Part shown: positions 39,036 to 53,174 of the stretch, in pieces
How the letters are laid out: every line of letters begins with the position of its first letter
Numbering within the stretch: the stretch's first letter is position 1
NCBI RefSeq assembly: GCF_036321535.1
Contig: NC_087447.1
Span: 47,680,001-47,744,000, forward strand
Direction: 5' to 3'
Origin: Camelus dromedarius
Lineage: Eukaryota
DNA: 64,000 nucleotides
Notes under the pieces: model-generated
Database searches by the model: none
What the model saw: only the letters and a program-made list of their open reading frames with translations
Told to the model about the DNA's origin: nothing
Translations under genes and position numbers: made by a program

Positions 39036-41739
39036 AAGAGAAATGTCACCAGGTCAAAAATTTTCTTCATATTTCAATTTAATTTCAGTAAAAATTACAA
39101 AATCCAAAGCTGGCTAACACATGGAAATTTTATTTTGTAAACATCTTATGACTTAAAGTAATAACTGTTACTGATTCATGTTATAGATACATTATAGATA
39201 ACTAGGATTATAAAGAAATTCCCATAAATTGATCCTATTACTTGGATTTCTATTATAAAATCTGAGTTATAGTTATATTTTAAAAGATTTTAAAAGATAG
39301 CTAAAAAAAATTCTGGCCTAATAAAAAGGTTAAGTAGTTACCCTAATGAAATAGGAAATGTTCTTATATTGGGAGAGTTTTTATAGTGCTTTTCCAAAGG
39401 CAAGAAGGCTCTCCCATTATGGGACCTGGATAATCTAATCATACATGCAAAAGTCCACACACTTAATTCATCACTCTCTTTCTACTAGGGAAATCCATTA
39501 TCCAGCAAAGCTGGGGTACAACAATTTACAGAGAAAAGGAAAACTATCTAATACAGTAAAACAATAAAGATCATCTTATATGTGTAAACACAGACTGGGA
39601 AGTATTTTCATATTTCTCATATGTGTAAACATAAATTGGAAAGAATTCATTTCTGGAAACCAGTGTATTTAGTCTCCAGAACTAGCCTAAAAAGGGAGGA
39701 GAGAATGGTCATCATTCTCTTTTCAAAAATGAAGGGAAAAAAAGTAAGAAGTCAAGCAATTTTCCCATAATCATTAATTTGATGTATTTCAGATTCATAA
39801 TTCCCTTCCTTGAATTAGTGCCCCACTTCCTGTCCATAAACTGAAAAGTATGTAGCTAGTGGTTACAGCAATAAATACAAATAAGGCGATCAGATATCTA
39901 TTCACATACCAAAAAACTCAACAACAATGGCTCAATATGGATACATTATATATAACATATGTAATAGTATGAATATTTTATTTTGCAACATATTCATCAA
40001 TCTATGAAAGAAAGAAGCCATTCGGTGTATTCTTTCTTTAATGCCCCCTCCAAGTTTCAACTTTTCTTCAATGAAATCACTATATAGTCCAGAGGGAAAA
40101 AAAGAACATATCTCATCAATTCTATTAACAAGATAAATTTTTTTTAACATTTTAAGATCTCTGAAATCAAGACACATCTAATCATTGACAATATCCCACA
40201 ACTGCTATAAGGATACAAAGGAATCTGGTGGTTGTTCTGTTGGTTTGAGAAAACAACTAACTCCTACACATTTCCAACAACATTTAAGGACCATCTGATC
40301 ATTGTCTGAAAACCTCCCAATGACACCGTCTGCTAAGATCAAGAAACTTTCTGTATGAAAACCTGGAAAGTGGTGTTAGCAAAGAGGAAAAATTCCTGGA
40401 GGCAATACTGGGATAGTCTTGTCAAGAAATGCTGCATTCTAGTACACTAAGTGGTACACAGGTAATACAGTGTAGAAAAACTGATTCTAAAAGTTATTCA
40501 GAAAAAAATAAAAATAAAAAAAATAAAAGTTATTCAGAAGAGTCAGACTCTGAATACAAAGACACTTTAGAAACACCTTAACTAACTTATTATACTTATA
40601 TTTCCCTTTTTAAATATGGCCAAGAGATAGATGAATTTTTTTAAAATTTTAATTAATTCTGAAAAAGCTATTTCAAAAAACATAAGCAAATGATAAAGCA
40701 GAGTATCACAGTTTAGCTGGATTTAGGGGAGGTGGGGGTAGAACAAAATATCAGATTTCTCCTTAAAAATATGCCCCAAAATGTCTTAAATGATATCACT
40801 TAATAGTAGCAATAACAAAGGGAACAGATACTCTCATGTAATACTGCTGCTGGGAACATAAGTACTTTCTGCAGTACATTCAATATTAATAAAGCCTTAA
40901 AGATGTACATAACTTCTTACCCAGAAACTTCACTGAAATAATCAGAGATGAGTGGAAAGTAGTTCAGAATAACACTGTTTATATTTTTTAAGTAAAATTA
41001 GAAATAAATACCCCCCCAAAAAATTAGTTAAATAGATGTAGCAAATAAAATGAGACATAATTATTCCAAATTGTAACATGCAGTTATTTCAATGATGAAA
41101 CAGAAGAAAAGATGGTAATAAAATATTGGTAACTAAAGGATACACTGATCTAAACAATACATTTATAAATTTTAAATAAATTTACTCAATATATTTAAAC
41201 CGTACACATGTTCATAAAAAACCTATTAAGGTCATATGACAGAACCTTAATTAATTAATAATGGCAATCTCTACAATACGGGGAGACAGATGATTTTTTT
41301 CCTTTTATTTGCTTTCCAGAATCTTCTACAAAAAGAAAAAATTTTACTTTTGTTATATCTATATGAAGGAAATTGTACAGTTCTTTAAAATCATATCAGG
41401 GACTCATAGTATTCTGTGTGCTCAGGCCTGTTCATAAAACTTTATTAAATTATAGTGAAAAAATAAATAAATATAAAATCTTCTCAGAAAATTACTGCAT
41501 GAAATGCTTCTCCCCTAAAAAGACTAAACTAATCAAGAAGAAAAACAGGATCCAAGAATCAATGAATCCAACACAAGACACAAATAAAAACATATTCAAA
41601 TAAGCATTATATAGCAATCATATAAAACTCAGACTGAAAAAAGTCACCCAAAAAAAGAGGTCTTCCACAAAAGGGAAGTTTTGACAAACTAGATGATGTA
41701 TTTAAAATACTGGAAAACCAGAGGAAAATTAAAGACAAA

Positions 41740-44480
41740 CTAAAAAATAGAGACATCCATGGTTTAGAAGACTCAATATCATTAAAATGTCAGTTTTCCC
41801 CAAACTGACCTAAAGATTCAAAGCAATCCCAATCAAAGCCCCAGACAGCAAGCCGGTGAAACAAACAGATTCTAAAACATATATGGAAATGTAAAGAGCG
41901 AAGAGTAGTGAAGGCTCTTATGCTACCAAATATCAAGATTTATTAGAAAGTTACAGTAATTAAAACAGTGTAATATTGGCAAAATGATTTCTTAAAATAC
42001 AGTAGTGGAATAAAGTCCAGAAATAGACTTATACATATATGGTTACCTAATTTACCACAAAATATCACGTCAGTTCAGTGCAGTAGGGGTGGGGAAACAG
42101 ACTTTTCAATATATGGTGCTGCCTCAACTGGGTATCCACACAAAAAGTACAATCTTGACCCCAACCCCATAGCATACACAAAAGTTTACTTCAGATAGGC
42201 TATGGAACTAAATGCAAAAGATTAAACAATATAAATTCCAGAACACTACAAAAATTTTTAGATAGATATTAGGGTAGCAAGGAATTCTTGAATAGGACAT
42301 AAAAAATACTGACAACTTAAAAATTTCAATTTCATTAAAATTAAGAACTTGTTTTCATCAAAAGAAACTACCAATAGATAAAAAGGCAAGCCACAAAACA
42401 TGACATTTCTGCACAAGATCAAAGAGATACCTGTAATACATACATCTGACAAAAGATTCAAATCCAGAATATATAAAGAAACACTATAAATCAGTAAGAA
42501 AAAAGCCAACAAGCGATTTTAACAAGTATTTCACAAAACAAGATATCCAAGTACACAATCAATATATGAAAAATTCCTCAACTTCAAGAATCATCAGGAA
42601 AATGCTAATCAAATGCATAATTCTTTACTATTAAATACACACCAGAAAGGCTAAAATGAAAAACAGACAAAAACAAGGCTTTAAAGCAACTATAACTCTC
42701 ATTCACTGCTGACAGGAATGTAAATTGCAATGATCACTTTAGAAAACTATTTCATAATATCTTCCAAAGCTGAACAACACATATTCTGTAATTCCTTGGG
42801 TATATAACCAAAAGACCACATCCATAGTTACCCAAAGACACATACAAGAATGTTCACAGTGACACTATTTGTAATGATTAAAAGACATGAAAGACAATTA
42901 CAGTTATTGGCAAGGGTATGGAAGAGTAACAACCCCTTCATACAGTGCTGGTGGAAGTGCAAAACTGAACAGCCAATTTGGAAAACAGTTTGGCCATTTC
43001 TTAAAAAGTCAAACATAAACTTACCAAATGCCTGGCAATTTGTCCACACACAAATACTCATAGCAGCTTTATTTATAACATCCAAAAAAAAAATAGAAAC
43101 AATTCAAATGTCTCATCAATAGGTGAATGGATAAATTGCAGTATATCCATAAAATGTAATAATATTCAGCAAAAATAAGAAATGAGCTATTGATACACAA
43201 AACAACACAGATAAACTGCAAAATAATTATCCTAAATGAAAGGAGCCAGACCAAAAAAATGTACATGCTGTAAGATATATGAATTAAATTAAAATTCTAA
43301 AAAATGCAAACTAATCTATAGTGATAGAAAGTGGATTAGCGGTTGCCTGAGGGTGATGGGGAAAAGGGACTCAAGGAGGGGTGAGTGGAAGGGAGGGATT
43401 ATAACGGGACACGAGGAAACTTTTAAAGATTATAGGCATGTTTATTATCTTGATTGTGATGACAGTTATGTCATCTACCTATGTTAAAACTTATCAAACT
43501 ACAAGTAGTGCAGTTTACCATGTGTCAATTATATCCCAATAAGGCTGTTTATAAAAAGTCAGCACAGTGGAACTTTTGTGAGAGTGTGAGAGTGAGGGAG
43601 TGAAGTGGGAGGATCAAGAGGGATTTCTAAAGTGGTGTTAGTGTTCTGATGCTTGACTGGTTATTAGTTATATGGGTGTATTTACTTTGAAAATTCATGG
43701 AGCAGTATACTTAGGATCTGCCTACTTTTCCGTATGCACTGTTATACCTTAATTTTTTTTAAAGCTTATTAAAAAGAAAATGAGATACTATTATCTACTC
43801 ATCAAAATGTTGCTCTTTTTAATTTTAGAGAACATCATGTGTTAGCAAAGATGCAGAACAACTGGAACTCTCATACACTTCTGCTGAGTGGGTATAATCA
43901 CTTTGGAAAATCACTGTATCTACTAAAATGGAACACACATATATACCCAGTGACCCAACAGTTCTACTCCTAGGTGTGTAACCAACAGAAATGCACATAT
44001 ATGTCCATCAAAAGACATGTATAAAACTTTTACTTAGAAACACTAGTTAAAATCATCCAAAACTGCAGACAACTCAAATTTTAATCATCAGTACACTGGA
44101 AAAACAAATCGTGATAAATACTGATTTAGTGGACATTATATAGTAATGAAAAAGAATGAACTACTCCTACATGCAAAAACATGTATGAAGCTCAGAAACT
44201 TAATGCTGAGTGAAAGAAATCAGACTTGGGAGATGATACCATGAGACTATTTAAATTCAAAAACAGTCAGAAATTCAAAGGTAACAGCTATTCTGGTGAA
44301 AGTCAGCGTACTAGTACCACTGGAAGGTATGAATAATAACTGCTTCTAGAGCCCTGGTAATGTTCTATATCAATCTGTGTAGTAGTTATGTGACCATGTT
44401 AACTTCATAAAAATGTATCAAACAGTATACTCAAGATCTGTCCATCTTACTGTATGTATATTACAATTAAATTTTTTTAA
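41740..44480 (+). mobile_element. Stack of old L1 (L1MD/ME-type) ORF2-3'UTR fragments
   Basis: agattcaaagcaatcccaatcaaa, tccagaatatataaagaa, and repeated 3'-end modules at ~43550, ~43760 and ~44470. Confidence 0.8.
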
Positions 44481-46873
44481 ATTTACTCCTCAAAATTTCA
44501 ACTCTATACTGAGCCAGAGAAGGAAAGAAAAAGAAATAATTCAAATAGTGCAGCTATATTCTCTGACCACACCCTACTACCAATGAGAATTATGTCCCCA
44601 GACAAAGAATACAAACAATAAGCCTGACATACTCAGTACATACTGGCAAAATCTGTAGAAAGAATGTGTTGACTATTTTAGGGGTTTCTCTACTATTGAC
44701 AAGAAGTAAAAACACTGTTTAGGCAACCAAAGAACAGGGTAGAGAAAACTTTGTCTATATCCTCAAGAAATAAACTGAAAAATTAATTGGGAAAACATTG
44801 AAAAAAAATCTAAAAGGCAAAAATGACAAATAACAAGAAGTCAGAAAACTGGCTCTCCATAAATGTGCTCACTGTCCCAAGCAGAGGCAGAGAGATACAG
44901 AAATACTCTAGTGTATAAATACGATTACTCTATGAAATTGTGAAATATCCATTATTAGGTTACTCATACAGTTTACATACATTATTAAGTAGAATTGTAA
45001 AAACAAAACCAGGTATAATTTACTTGACAGACATTTAAAGACATTTTTCAAGAGTAAATGTGATTGCTCTGTAAAATATAATTTCACTGTATTGTGTAGT
45101 ATATATACATATATACACATAAATACATATATCTATACATATATAACATGTGTGTGTTTAATACAAGAGACAGTCTAAATAGATTATTCAGAGTTAGAAA
45201 AGTAGCAAAGGCACTAAAGTAGTACCAAATTATATTGGAAAGAGTAGGCTGAAAAGGAATGGTTTAAGGTGTTAATTTCTCATTTAACATAAGTAGTAAT
45301 CAAGCAATAATGTCTAGAGTTGATAAATTGGAATCAATTATAAGAACATTATTTAAAGATATGGAAAAGATCACCAAAACAACCAGAACAGGATTTGCTT
45401 TTAATCTTTTCTTTGAAGAAAGAGACTGGGATTATGGCAGGAGACTGCTACTTTTCATACAACTGAATGTAGTATTTTATATTTTTAATCATGAACTGGT
45501 CCTATTTGATTATTAAAACTTTAAAATATGTTACAGAAGAATGCAACACACAAAAATTTTCACTCCATTTAATTTTAAAAGCAGATCATATACTTTGATC
45601 CCAATGGAAACACGTCTATAGAGGCACTGTATGAAAACATATCTATAAAGGGTATAACTGTCCCTATTTCACAGGTTTGAGGGAATTAAACCAGATAATA
45701 TACCAGCAAAGTTACCAGCAAAGTTCCTGTACAATGTAAGGATTCAATCAATATTAGCTATCATTACTAGTGTCTATTATACATGCAGAGAATAAAGATT
45801 CAGCACTAGTGTTAGAACTGATGCTAGTCATTATGTAAAGTATCTGATATATAATAAGTACTCAATAACTAATGGCTGAATTAATTAATTACTGAGTCTA
45901 TAGACTCAGGAACAGATAGCTTTCAAGGAAAAGATAATTCTAAGACTGTTAAATAAAATAAAGACAGCTACCTGGTAAACCACAATGAAATTAGAATAAA
46001 AGTAAAATCAAAGCCTAACAAAGTACAAAAAAAAAAAAAAACCTAACAAAGTACAAAAAACAAATCACGCCCCAATTTTATCATTTATAATAAAAATAAC
46101 AATAGCAGCAGCAGCATAAATTACACGGATAACAGTGGTTATCAGATATAGCATTTCCTGGGTGTTAATTTTTCCTTCAAATGTTCTCCTGTATTATTAA
46201 ATTTTTTTATAAATACTACTTCTATAATTTGGTGGGGGGAATCAATATTAGAATTCTACTCCACATAGAAAGTAACTGCTTACAAGGCCAAAATTTCCAA
46301 ATTACATTAAACTGTTTTTGTACAAGGAAGGGAGTTACTGATTCTTACATATTCACAAGATGATACATCAACATAATTTTTCCTTGGCACATTTAGCTAT
46401 CTGAGAGCAAATAAAATTCTAATTAAACTTAAATGCTTAAATTTCCCTATAAACAGCACCACACCATCCATTGAAAGCATACCATACTCTGTCAACAGAG
46501 ACCTAATGCGAAATAAATGCTTGATTGAACAAAACAATAATTAACCTTTCATAAAACTGTAGAGAACAGGATATATAAGGGAGAATGAATATACATACTT
46601 GTAGAATACATTCACTACTACTTATACTCATAAATATTTTACGAATATTGTGAATATTATCTTTTCCCAGAAGGTTCACAACCTTCTTTGCAGTAAAGAG
46701 CAACTTAGCTTCTCATTTGAAGATTCAAATAAAGGAAAAGAAGGATCAAAGTCAGAGCCAAAAATAAGAAGAAAAGAGGATGCAGGGATACCAAGGCTTC
46801 TTTCCAACAACCACATCTGCCCTTAAGCCAAAGAACAAGTAAACAGGATGGGGACCTCCATTTCTAAGCTTAC

Positions 46874-46919
46874 CTGTGCATACTCTCTTTCAATAGCAGC
46901 CTTCTTCTGACTGAATGTC
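46874..46919 (-). CDS. FCHSD2: FCHSD2 internal coding exon (probably exon 3), 46 nt, F-BAR domain: (R)TFSQKKAAIEREYAQ
   Basis: Minus strand reads tgtgtttttag|GACATTCAGTCAGAAGAAGGCTGCTATTGAAAGAGAGTATGCACAG|gtaagc. Canonical acceptor and strong donor; phase 2 in, phase 0 out. Peptide recognised as N-terminal F-BAR of FCHSD2. Too short for the ORF track. Confidence 0.96.
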
Positions 46920-47074
46920 CTAAAAACACAAATAAAAATTCATTACCAAAAGCATAACAGTTATTTTGTATAAAGTTATCAACATACCCTCAAATACTGC
47001 TTGGTAAACTGTGCTGAAGGGGGAGACACAACATTTCATTCATCTTATGTGCCTAGGAACACTGCTGATACCAC

Positions 47075-47325
47075 AGACTCCAGAGTTAAGACAATCTACA
47101 TTCAAATCCTAACTCCACCACTTACTAGCTGTGTGACCTTGGTCAAATCTCTGTGCTTGTTTCCTTCTTGGTAAAATGGGTATAGTAACAGTATCTACCT
47201 CATAGGGATAGTGTAAATTTTAGTTAATAAAAATATCTAAAATGCTCAAAATAGTCTCTAGCACAGATTTGCTACTGTTACCAGAATTGCTACTGCATAG
47301 CGGGTACTATAAATGTTTACTGAAT
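47075..47325 (+). mobile_element. MIR SINE
   Basis: ttcaaatcctaactccaccacttactagctgtgtgaccttgg...gtaaaatgggtatagtaacagtatctacctcatagg. Confidence 0.85.
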
Positions 47326-47819
47326 CTAATAATCAACATAGAGGGAACTACAGAAAACAAAGTGAAAAATCAAATTTTGACTAGCTTCTCAACATGAAAA
47401 ACAGTCAAATCATTCCCTTCATTCCAGTCTTTTACAAGAGTCACCAAAGTACAATTCCACTACATGTTTGTGGTTATGATGAAAGCACCCTTTCCACACA
47501 TGTATTATGTTTCTTAAATTCTACAGTAAACACATTTCACATTTTAATATTTATGATATCGGTATTCATCTCTGAATAATGATTAGAAGTATTTTCTTCT
47601 ATCTTAACAGTATATGAAATATAGTGTACCTTACAAACCAGAGGCAAGATAGACTTAATGAAATATGATAATATTAACAATTTTCCTTGAATAGTCTGAC
47701 TTTAAAGACTTTTCTGTGAGCTGCCAGATATCTGTGCTCTTAAAATCACTTCATTAAGGCAGAGATATCAGAGTAAAAAGTGAAAAATATAAAGAAAAGA
47801 GCTGGAATAGAAAAAAGGC

Positions 47820-48145
47820 AGTAATACTGAGTGAAATAAGTCAGTCATAAGAAGAAAAATACTGTATGATTACATTTATTTAAAATACTTAGAGCAGTCA
47901 AAATCATATAGACAGAAAGCAGAATGATGGTTGCCAGAGGCTGGGAGGAGAGGATCAGAAGAATTATTATTTGATAGGTAAAGAGTTTCAGTTTTGCAAG
48001 ATGAAAAGAGCTCTGAGGATGGATGGTGGTGGCTGCAGAACAATATGAATGTACCTAAAACCACTAAACTGTACACTTAAAAATGGTTAAGACAGTAAAT
48101 TTTATGTTATATGTATTTTACCACAATTAAAAAACAGAAAAAAAA
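47820..48145 (+). mobile_element. L1MB-type 3'UTR
   Basis: agagtttcagttttgcaagatgaaaagag...aactgtacacttaaaaatggttaag...gtattttaccacaattaaaaa. Confidence 0.85.
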
Positions 48146-48254
48146 GAGCTAAACAAGATCTTTTTCCTTACGGAGTACACTGCATTATAAAGCATTTAAC
48201 ACAGTCCTTTAAAATATAATTAGTCTACACTCCTTAATTGAAAACATATAAACT

Positions 48255-48446
48255 CTATATCATATATGCATATATATAAAACACACTGCATTTTCATTTG
48301 TATACTGTTTTTTATATATAAATGTGGTGTGTGTATGTATATACATGCATATATGTATACATGTGTGTTCATATATATACGTGTGTGTATGCGCATATAT
48401 ATATATATACACACACACACCCCTATATGTACATACATATATACAT
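48255..48446. repeat. Degenerate (TA/CA/TG)n low-complexity tract
   Basis: Read directly from the sequence; explains ORFs 48220..48495 and 48266..48448. Confidence 0.85.
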
Positions 48447-49199
48447 AAAACAGTAATGTAAATTTTCTCTGGGCAATGGGATTACAGGCTTTCACTTTCT
48501 TCTTCTGCTTTTGCTTTCTGTATTTTCTGATGTCTTGGTAAGAATATCATGTTTGAAAAAATTAATTCCTTATTTTAAATAAATAAATGCACATTCATAA
48601 ACATATGCACACACCTTTTTTTCTAACACCCATGCTGTATTACTAAAGATGGACTTAGAAATTATTATGACTAGTGCTACTAAATATATTATCTCCCCAG
48701 GCAAATGAGACTAATTAAAATGAACTCATTTATACTTTTACCATTAAAAAATCTGAAAACTTACCTGTATTTTGAAGGAGGTGGTATTTTTAATATTTTA
48801 CAAAAGATAAATGTAAATATTTAAGCTATTTATTTAGTACACTTTTAAGCTCAGATGCATTTCATCTTGAAATAAGAATGTTCAAATGAAGTATGCAAGA
48901 AAAGGAGAACTATTTTACTTTGAAAATGCATGCCAACTAATTTTAAAATTCTCAGTGGAATCTTCAGTTGTCAAACAATTACATAGCTATTAAGTAATTT
49001 CCTCTTGTAAAGAAAGAAAACAAAAACAAGATGACAGCTACTCAAAATTTACATCATATTAGGAAATCTATTTATTATAAACCATTTCAAAGGAACAGAA
49101 CAAAAAAATCTATCGATAATCTCCATATAAGATGAAAAGGCACTTGTTAAAATTCAACATCAGTTTCTCAAAAACCTCTTTTAAAATATTAATGAGTGG

Positions 49200-50205
49200 T
49201 ATAATTAAACAGATGGACAAGAACAAGTGTTGGCAAGGATGCAGAGAAATTAGAAATCTCATGCTGGTATGCTGGTGGGAATGTAACATAGTAGCAGCTG
49301 CTTTGGGAAACAGTCTGTAAGCTCCTCAAAAGGTTAAAGGTAGAGTTACCATAAGACCCAACAGTTCTATTCCTAGATATATACCCAAGAAAACTTAAAA
49401 ACATACTCTACACAAAAATCTGCAAATGAATGTTCACAGCAGCATTATTCATCACAGCCCAAAAGTGAAACTGGTCTAACAATGGCTCCTTATGAAGAAA
49501 GGAACTGGTGGTAGTGCCTAAAAGAAAGACCTTTTACTGTTTTCTTGTTCGTACTACTGGAATCTATACCATGTGTACATGTATATATTTCTTATTGAGG
49601 TGAAATTTACATGACATACAATTAAGCATTTTAAAGTATACAAATTCAATATAGCATTTAGTGCATTTACAATGTGTACAACCACTACCTCTCCCTACTT
49701 TCAAGATTAAATCACTTCAGAAGAACACTCCATACCCATTAAGTAAGTAATCATTCTCCATTCCCCGTTCCCTTTACTCTTGGCAACAACTAATCTAATT
49801 TTCTGTCTCTATAGACTTGCCTATTATGAATATTTCATATAAAAGGAGTAATATAATACATGACCTTTTGTCTTCTTTCACTTAGCATGTTTTCAAGGTT
49901 CACCCAAGTTGTAGAATGTATCAATACTTCATTCCTTTTAATGGCTGAATACCATTTCAATACACAAGATATACTGCAATTCATCCATTCATCCATTGAT
50001 GGACATTTGTCTCCACATCTTCACCAGTATGAATAATACTGCTATAAACATTCATTTATGAATTTCTATGTACAGATAGGTTTTAAGTTCTTTTGAATAT
50101 ATACTTAAGAGTAGAATTGCTGGATCATATGAAAATTATGTTTAACTTTCTGAAGAATCATCAAACTACTTCCCGTAACAGCTACACCATTTTACATTTC
50201 CACTG
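49200..50205. mobile_element. Two L1 3' fragments in opposite orientation (+ ~49200-49470; - ~49590-50205)
   Basis: Plus: gagttaccataagacccaacagttctattcctag. Minus: gtagaattgctggatcatatg, cattcatccattgatggacattt. Confidence 0.8.
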
Positions 50206-50899
50206 TGTATTTTTTAAATTTAATAGTTAAATGAAACAAACTAATCTTTTAAAGTAAATTATATTACATTCAGAAGAATCCTATATGGACAGTAAAAAAA
50301 TGTGGCAACTCTGTATGTACTAGTATGGAAAGATATCCTCAATTAATTCATTTAATAAACACTGATTTGCTATCATTGGAAAGACACTGTATGGGTACAT
50401 TGTATAGATATAGCAGTGAATACAACAGACATCAAGTAGGACTAACAGATTATAAACAAATCATTACATAAAGAAATAGTCAATGACAAATGAGATAATT
50501 AATTATTAAGTACTACGAAGGAAGCTGCAATGTATTACCAGTATTTTTTAAAGCTTCAAAACAGTAGGAAAAGCAAGATCTCATTTTATCTTAAGAATAT
50601 TAATATATATCTCTATGTAATATAGGTATCGGTATACACTCACAAATATCTGGAAACTACATATTGAGGAGAACACTCAAAGAATATATGCCAAATTTTT
50701 ATCATTAAGGGAAGGGGATGTGAGACTTATTTTCTACTCTGATTCTGTTTTTTCTAATAATCATTTATTATTTCTATAATTAGGAAAAAAATTAAAGATA
50801 TAAAACCACTAATTTTCAATCAGCTCATATAAATTCTGTATCATACAGAAAGGAGTAAGAATAAATCCCTGTAACAATTCTTTAATAAAAATCTAATGT

Positions 50900-51440
50900 T
50901 CTAAACAATTTTCCTAAAATAAATCTGATCAAGCCACTTTCCTGCTACATTACTGAAATGGCTCTTCATCAATCCTTGAAAAAAATCTAAATTCCTGTAA
51001 CAGGACAAATGAGGCTACTGACTATCCAGACTTGACTGCTAGTGTGGCTTCATCTCTGTTAACTGCCCACTTTACACCTGAGGCTCCAGCTAATTTTCCT
51101 AAAATGACCAGTAGGCTTATGGTTTCACACTCTAGTAAATGTGGTCCTTTCTGCTTAGAATTCCCTTCCTCAATTACTTGGTCTAAATTTCTCATCCTTC
51201 AAAACTTAGCTTAAGCATGTCTTAAGAGAAATCTTCCTGAATTCCACTTGTGATTTAGATAACCTCTCCTCTGAGATCCTCCAGCATCTTATAATACAGC
51301 ACCTGCTTCAAGTATTGTAATTATCTGTGAAATTGACTATGGAGTTCCCTAAGAGCAATGAGTGTGCATTGTATTTATATGTGTAGCACAGTGACTGAAC
51401 ACTGCAGTAGTTCAATAAATGTTTGCTGAATGAATGAGAG
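50900..51440 (+). mobile_element. L2 3' fragment
   Basis: aaatctgatcaagccac...ctcatccttcaaaacttagctt...gttcaataaatgtttgctgaatgaatga. Confidence 0.7.
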
Positions 51441-51634
51441 AACAGACAGAAACTATATAATCAGATTTCAGACTCCATAAGTTTCAGTAGGCTAGCTCCT
51501 GGGACAGGTGGAACCAAGATCACAGTCTACATCCGTATGCATCAGTTAAGTTTCTTGACGTTGATTGCAGATTGTATCAGTTAATACAACCATTTTGTGC
51601 ACGTGAGCATTAAAAACCAAGGAAGGTATATGAG

Positions 51635-52145
51635 TGTGCAATAAAGGTTTAGCCTTGGCCAAAGAGAGGTCTGGCTTTTGCCTTTGTCTTTGGGAGGTAA
51701 TCTCTAAACCTCTGGAATGTCATGCCTGATAAGAATTTTTTATTTACCTGGGACCCTTAGGCCATGACAGATAGAAAATGCTAACAGTGTGATTTATTGG
51801 GGGTGGGTGAGGGTGGAAGGTAGGCCACATGGTGTCAGCTCAACTTCTGAAGGAGCTGGAGACTAAGGTCAGCCGCATGGGCAGTCAATTATACCTAAGT
51901 GACCAAATACATCTCTTTCCTTGGATAATTTTAAAATATATCCTTTCACTATAATAAACCAAAACTTAGAGTAATTTTTCAGTGAGTTCTGTGAGTCCTT
52001 CTAGCAAATTATCAAATCTGAGGGTAGTCTTGGTGAATACAACCTTGCAAGTTATATAAGAAGTGAGGGTGGTCTTGGAGGCCTCCAAACTTGTAGTTGG
52101 TGTCAGGATTAAGAGTTGTCTTAGGGACTCCCTAACTCTGTAATT
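51635..52145 (+). mobile_element. ERV solo LTR, MER21C-like
   Basis: tttgggaggtaatctctaaacctctggaatgtcatgcctgataag...gtgagttctgtgagtccttctagcaaattatcaaatctgagggtagtcttgg. Confidence 0.7.
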
Positions 52146-53174
52146 CATCATCAGGATAAGCAGAACACCTAAGAAAGTTCAAATTATTAATGGTAGTGGT
52201 AGAGATGGGATATCAATAACCATAGTGATGAGTATTAAAAATAAAGATAAATACACCCACCAGAATGGCTAAAATTTTTTTAAAAACCTGATAATTATAA
52301 ATATCAGTGAAGATATAGAGAAATGAAACTCTAACATGATGGTGATGGGAATGTAAAATGGTACAACCACACTGGGAAAAAATCTGGCATTTCTGATGTA
52401 ACTAAATATAACTTCTACCTTGAGATAGTAATTGTAATGATAGTATCGTTACCAAGAGTAATGATAACAAGTGTCCACAAAAGCACTTGATAAAAATATT
52501 TATAGCACTTTTATTCATATATAGCCAAGAACAGGAAACCATCCCAGTATCCACTGGTGGGATAATAGATCAATAAACGGTGATATATTCTTACAATGGA
52601 ATAAAACTCAGCAATAAAAACAAATGAACTACAAGATGATCACCACATTTTTACTACTCGGAGTTAGCTGACCTCTTATTTTATAAATGACACTGTTTAA
52701 ATATAACTAATATCAAGATATAAAAAATAATCAGTATGGACAGCAAATTGGGGTTAACGGAACTAACTTATATTATCAGCACATTGACAACTCTTTCATA
52801 AAGAAACCTTTATAATTTTGTTCTGGAATACAACAGCTGTTTTTAGAGGTATTATTACCACAAATATGGTAATAGTATTAAAATGATGACATGAGAATAT
52901 CAAAAAAAATTTTTTAAACAAGGCAAGTAAAATGAATAACTGAAGCTATACAAAGTCTGACAGAGAGGAAACTATTTGGCTCCTAATAAAAAATATTAAT
53001 TCACCAACATTCATTATCTTCAGAATTTCAGGTATTCTACTAAATATGCACTGGGATTATAAAAATGAAAGAGACATGGATTCTGCTCTCAGGGGATTCA
53101 TTAGTATAAGATATAAACAGATGATGCCAAGACCCACAAATGCTACAGTCACAGAATGAAAAGTAGAAAGTGTC

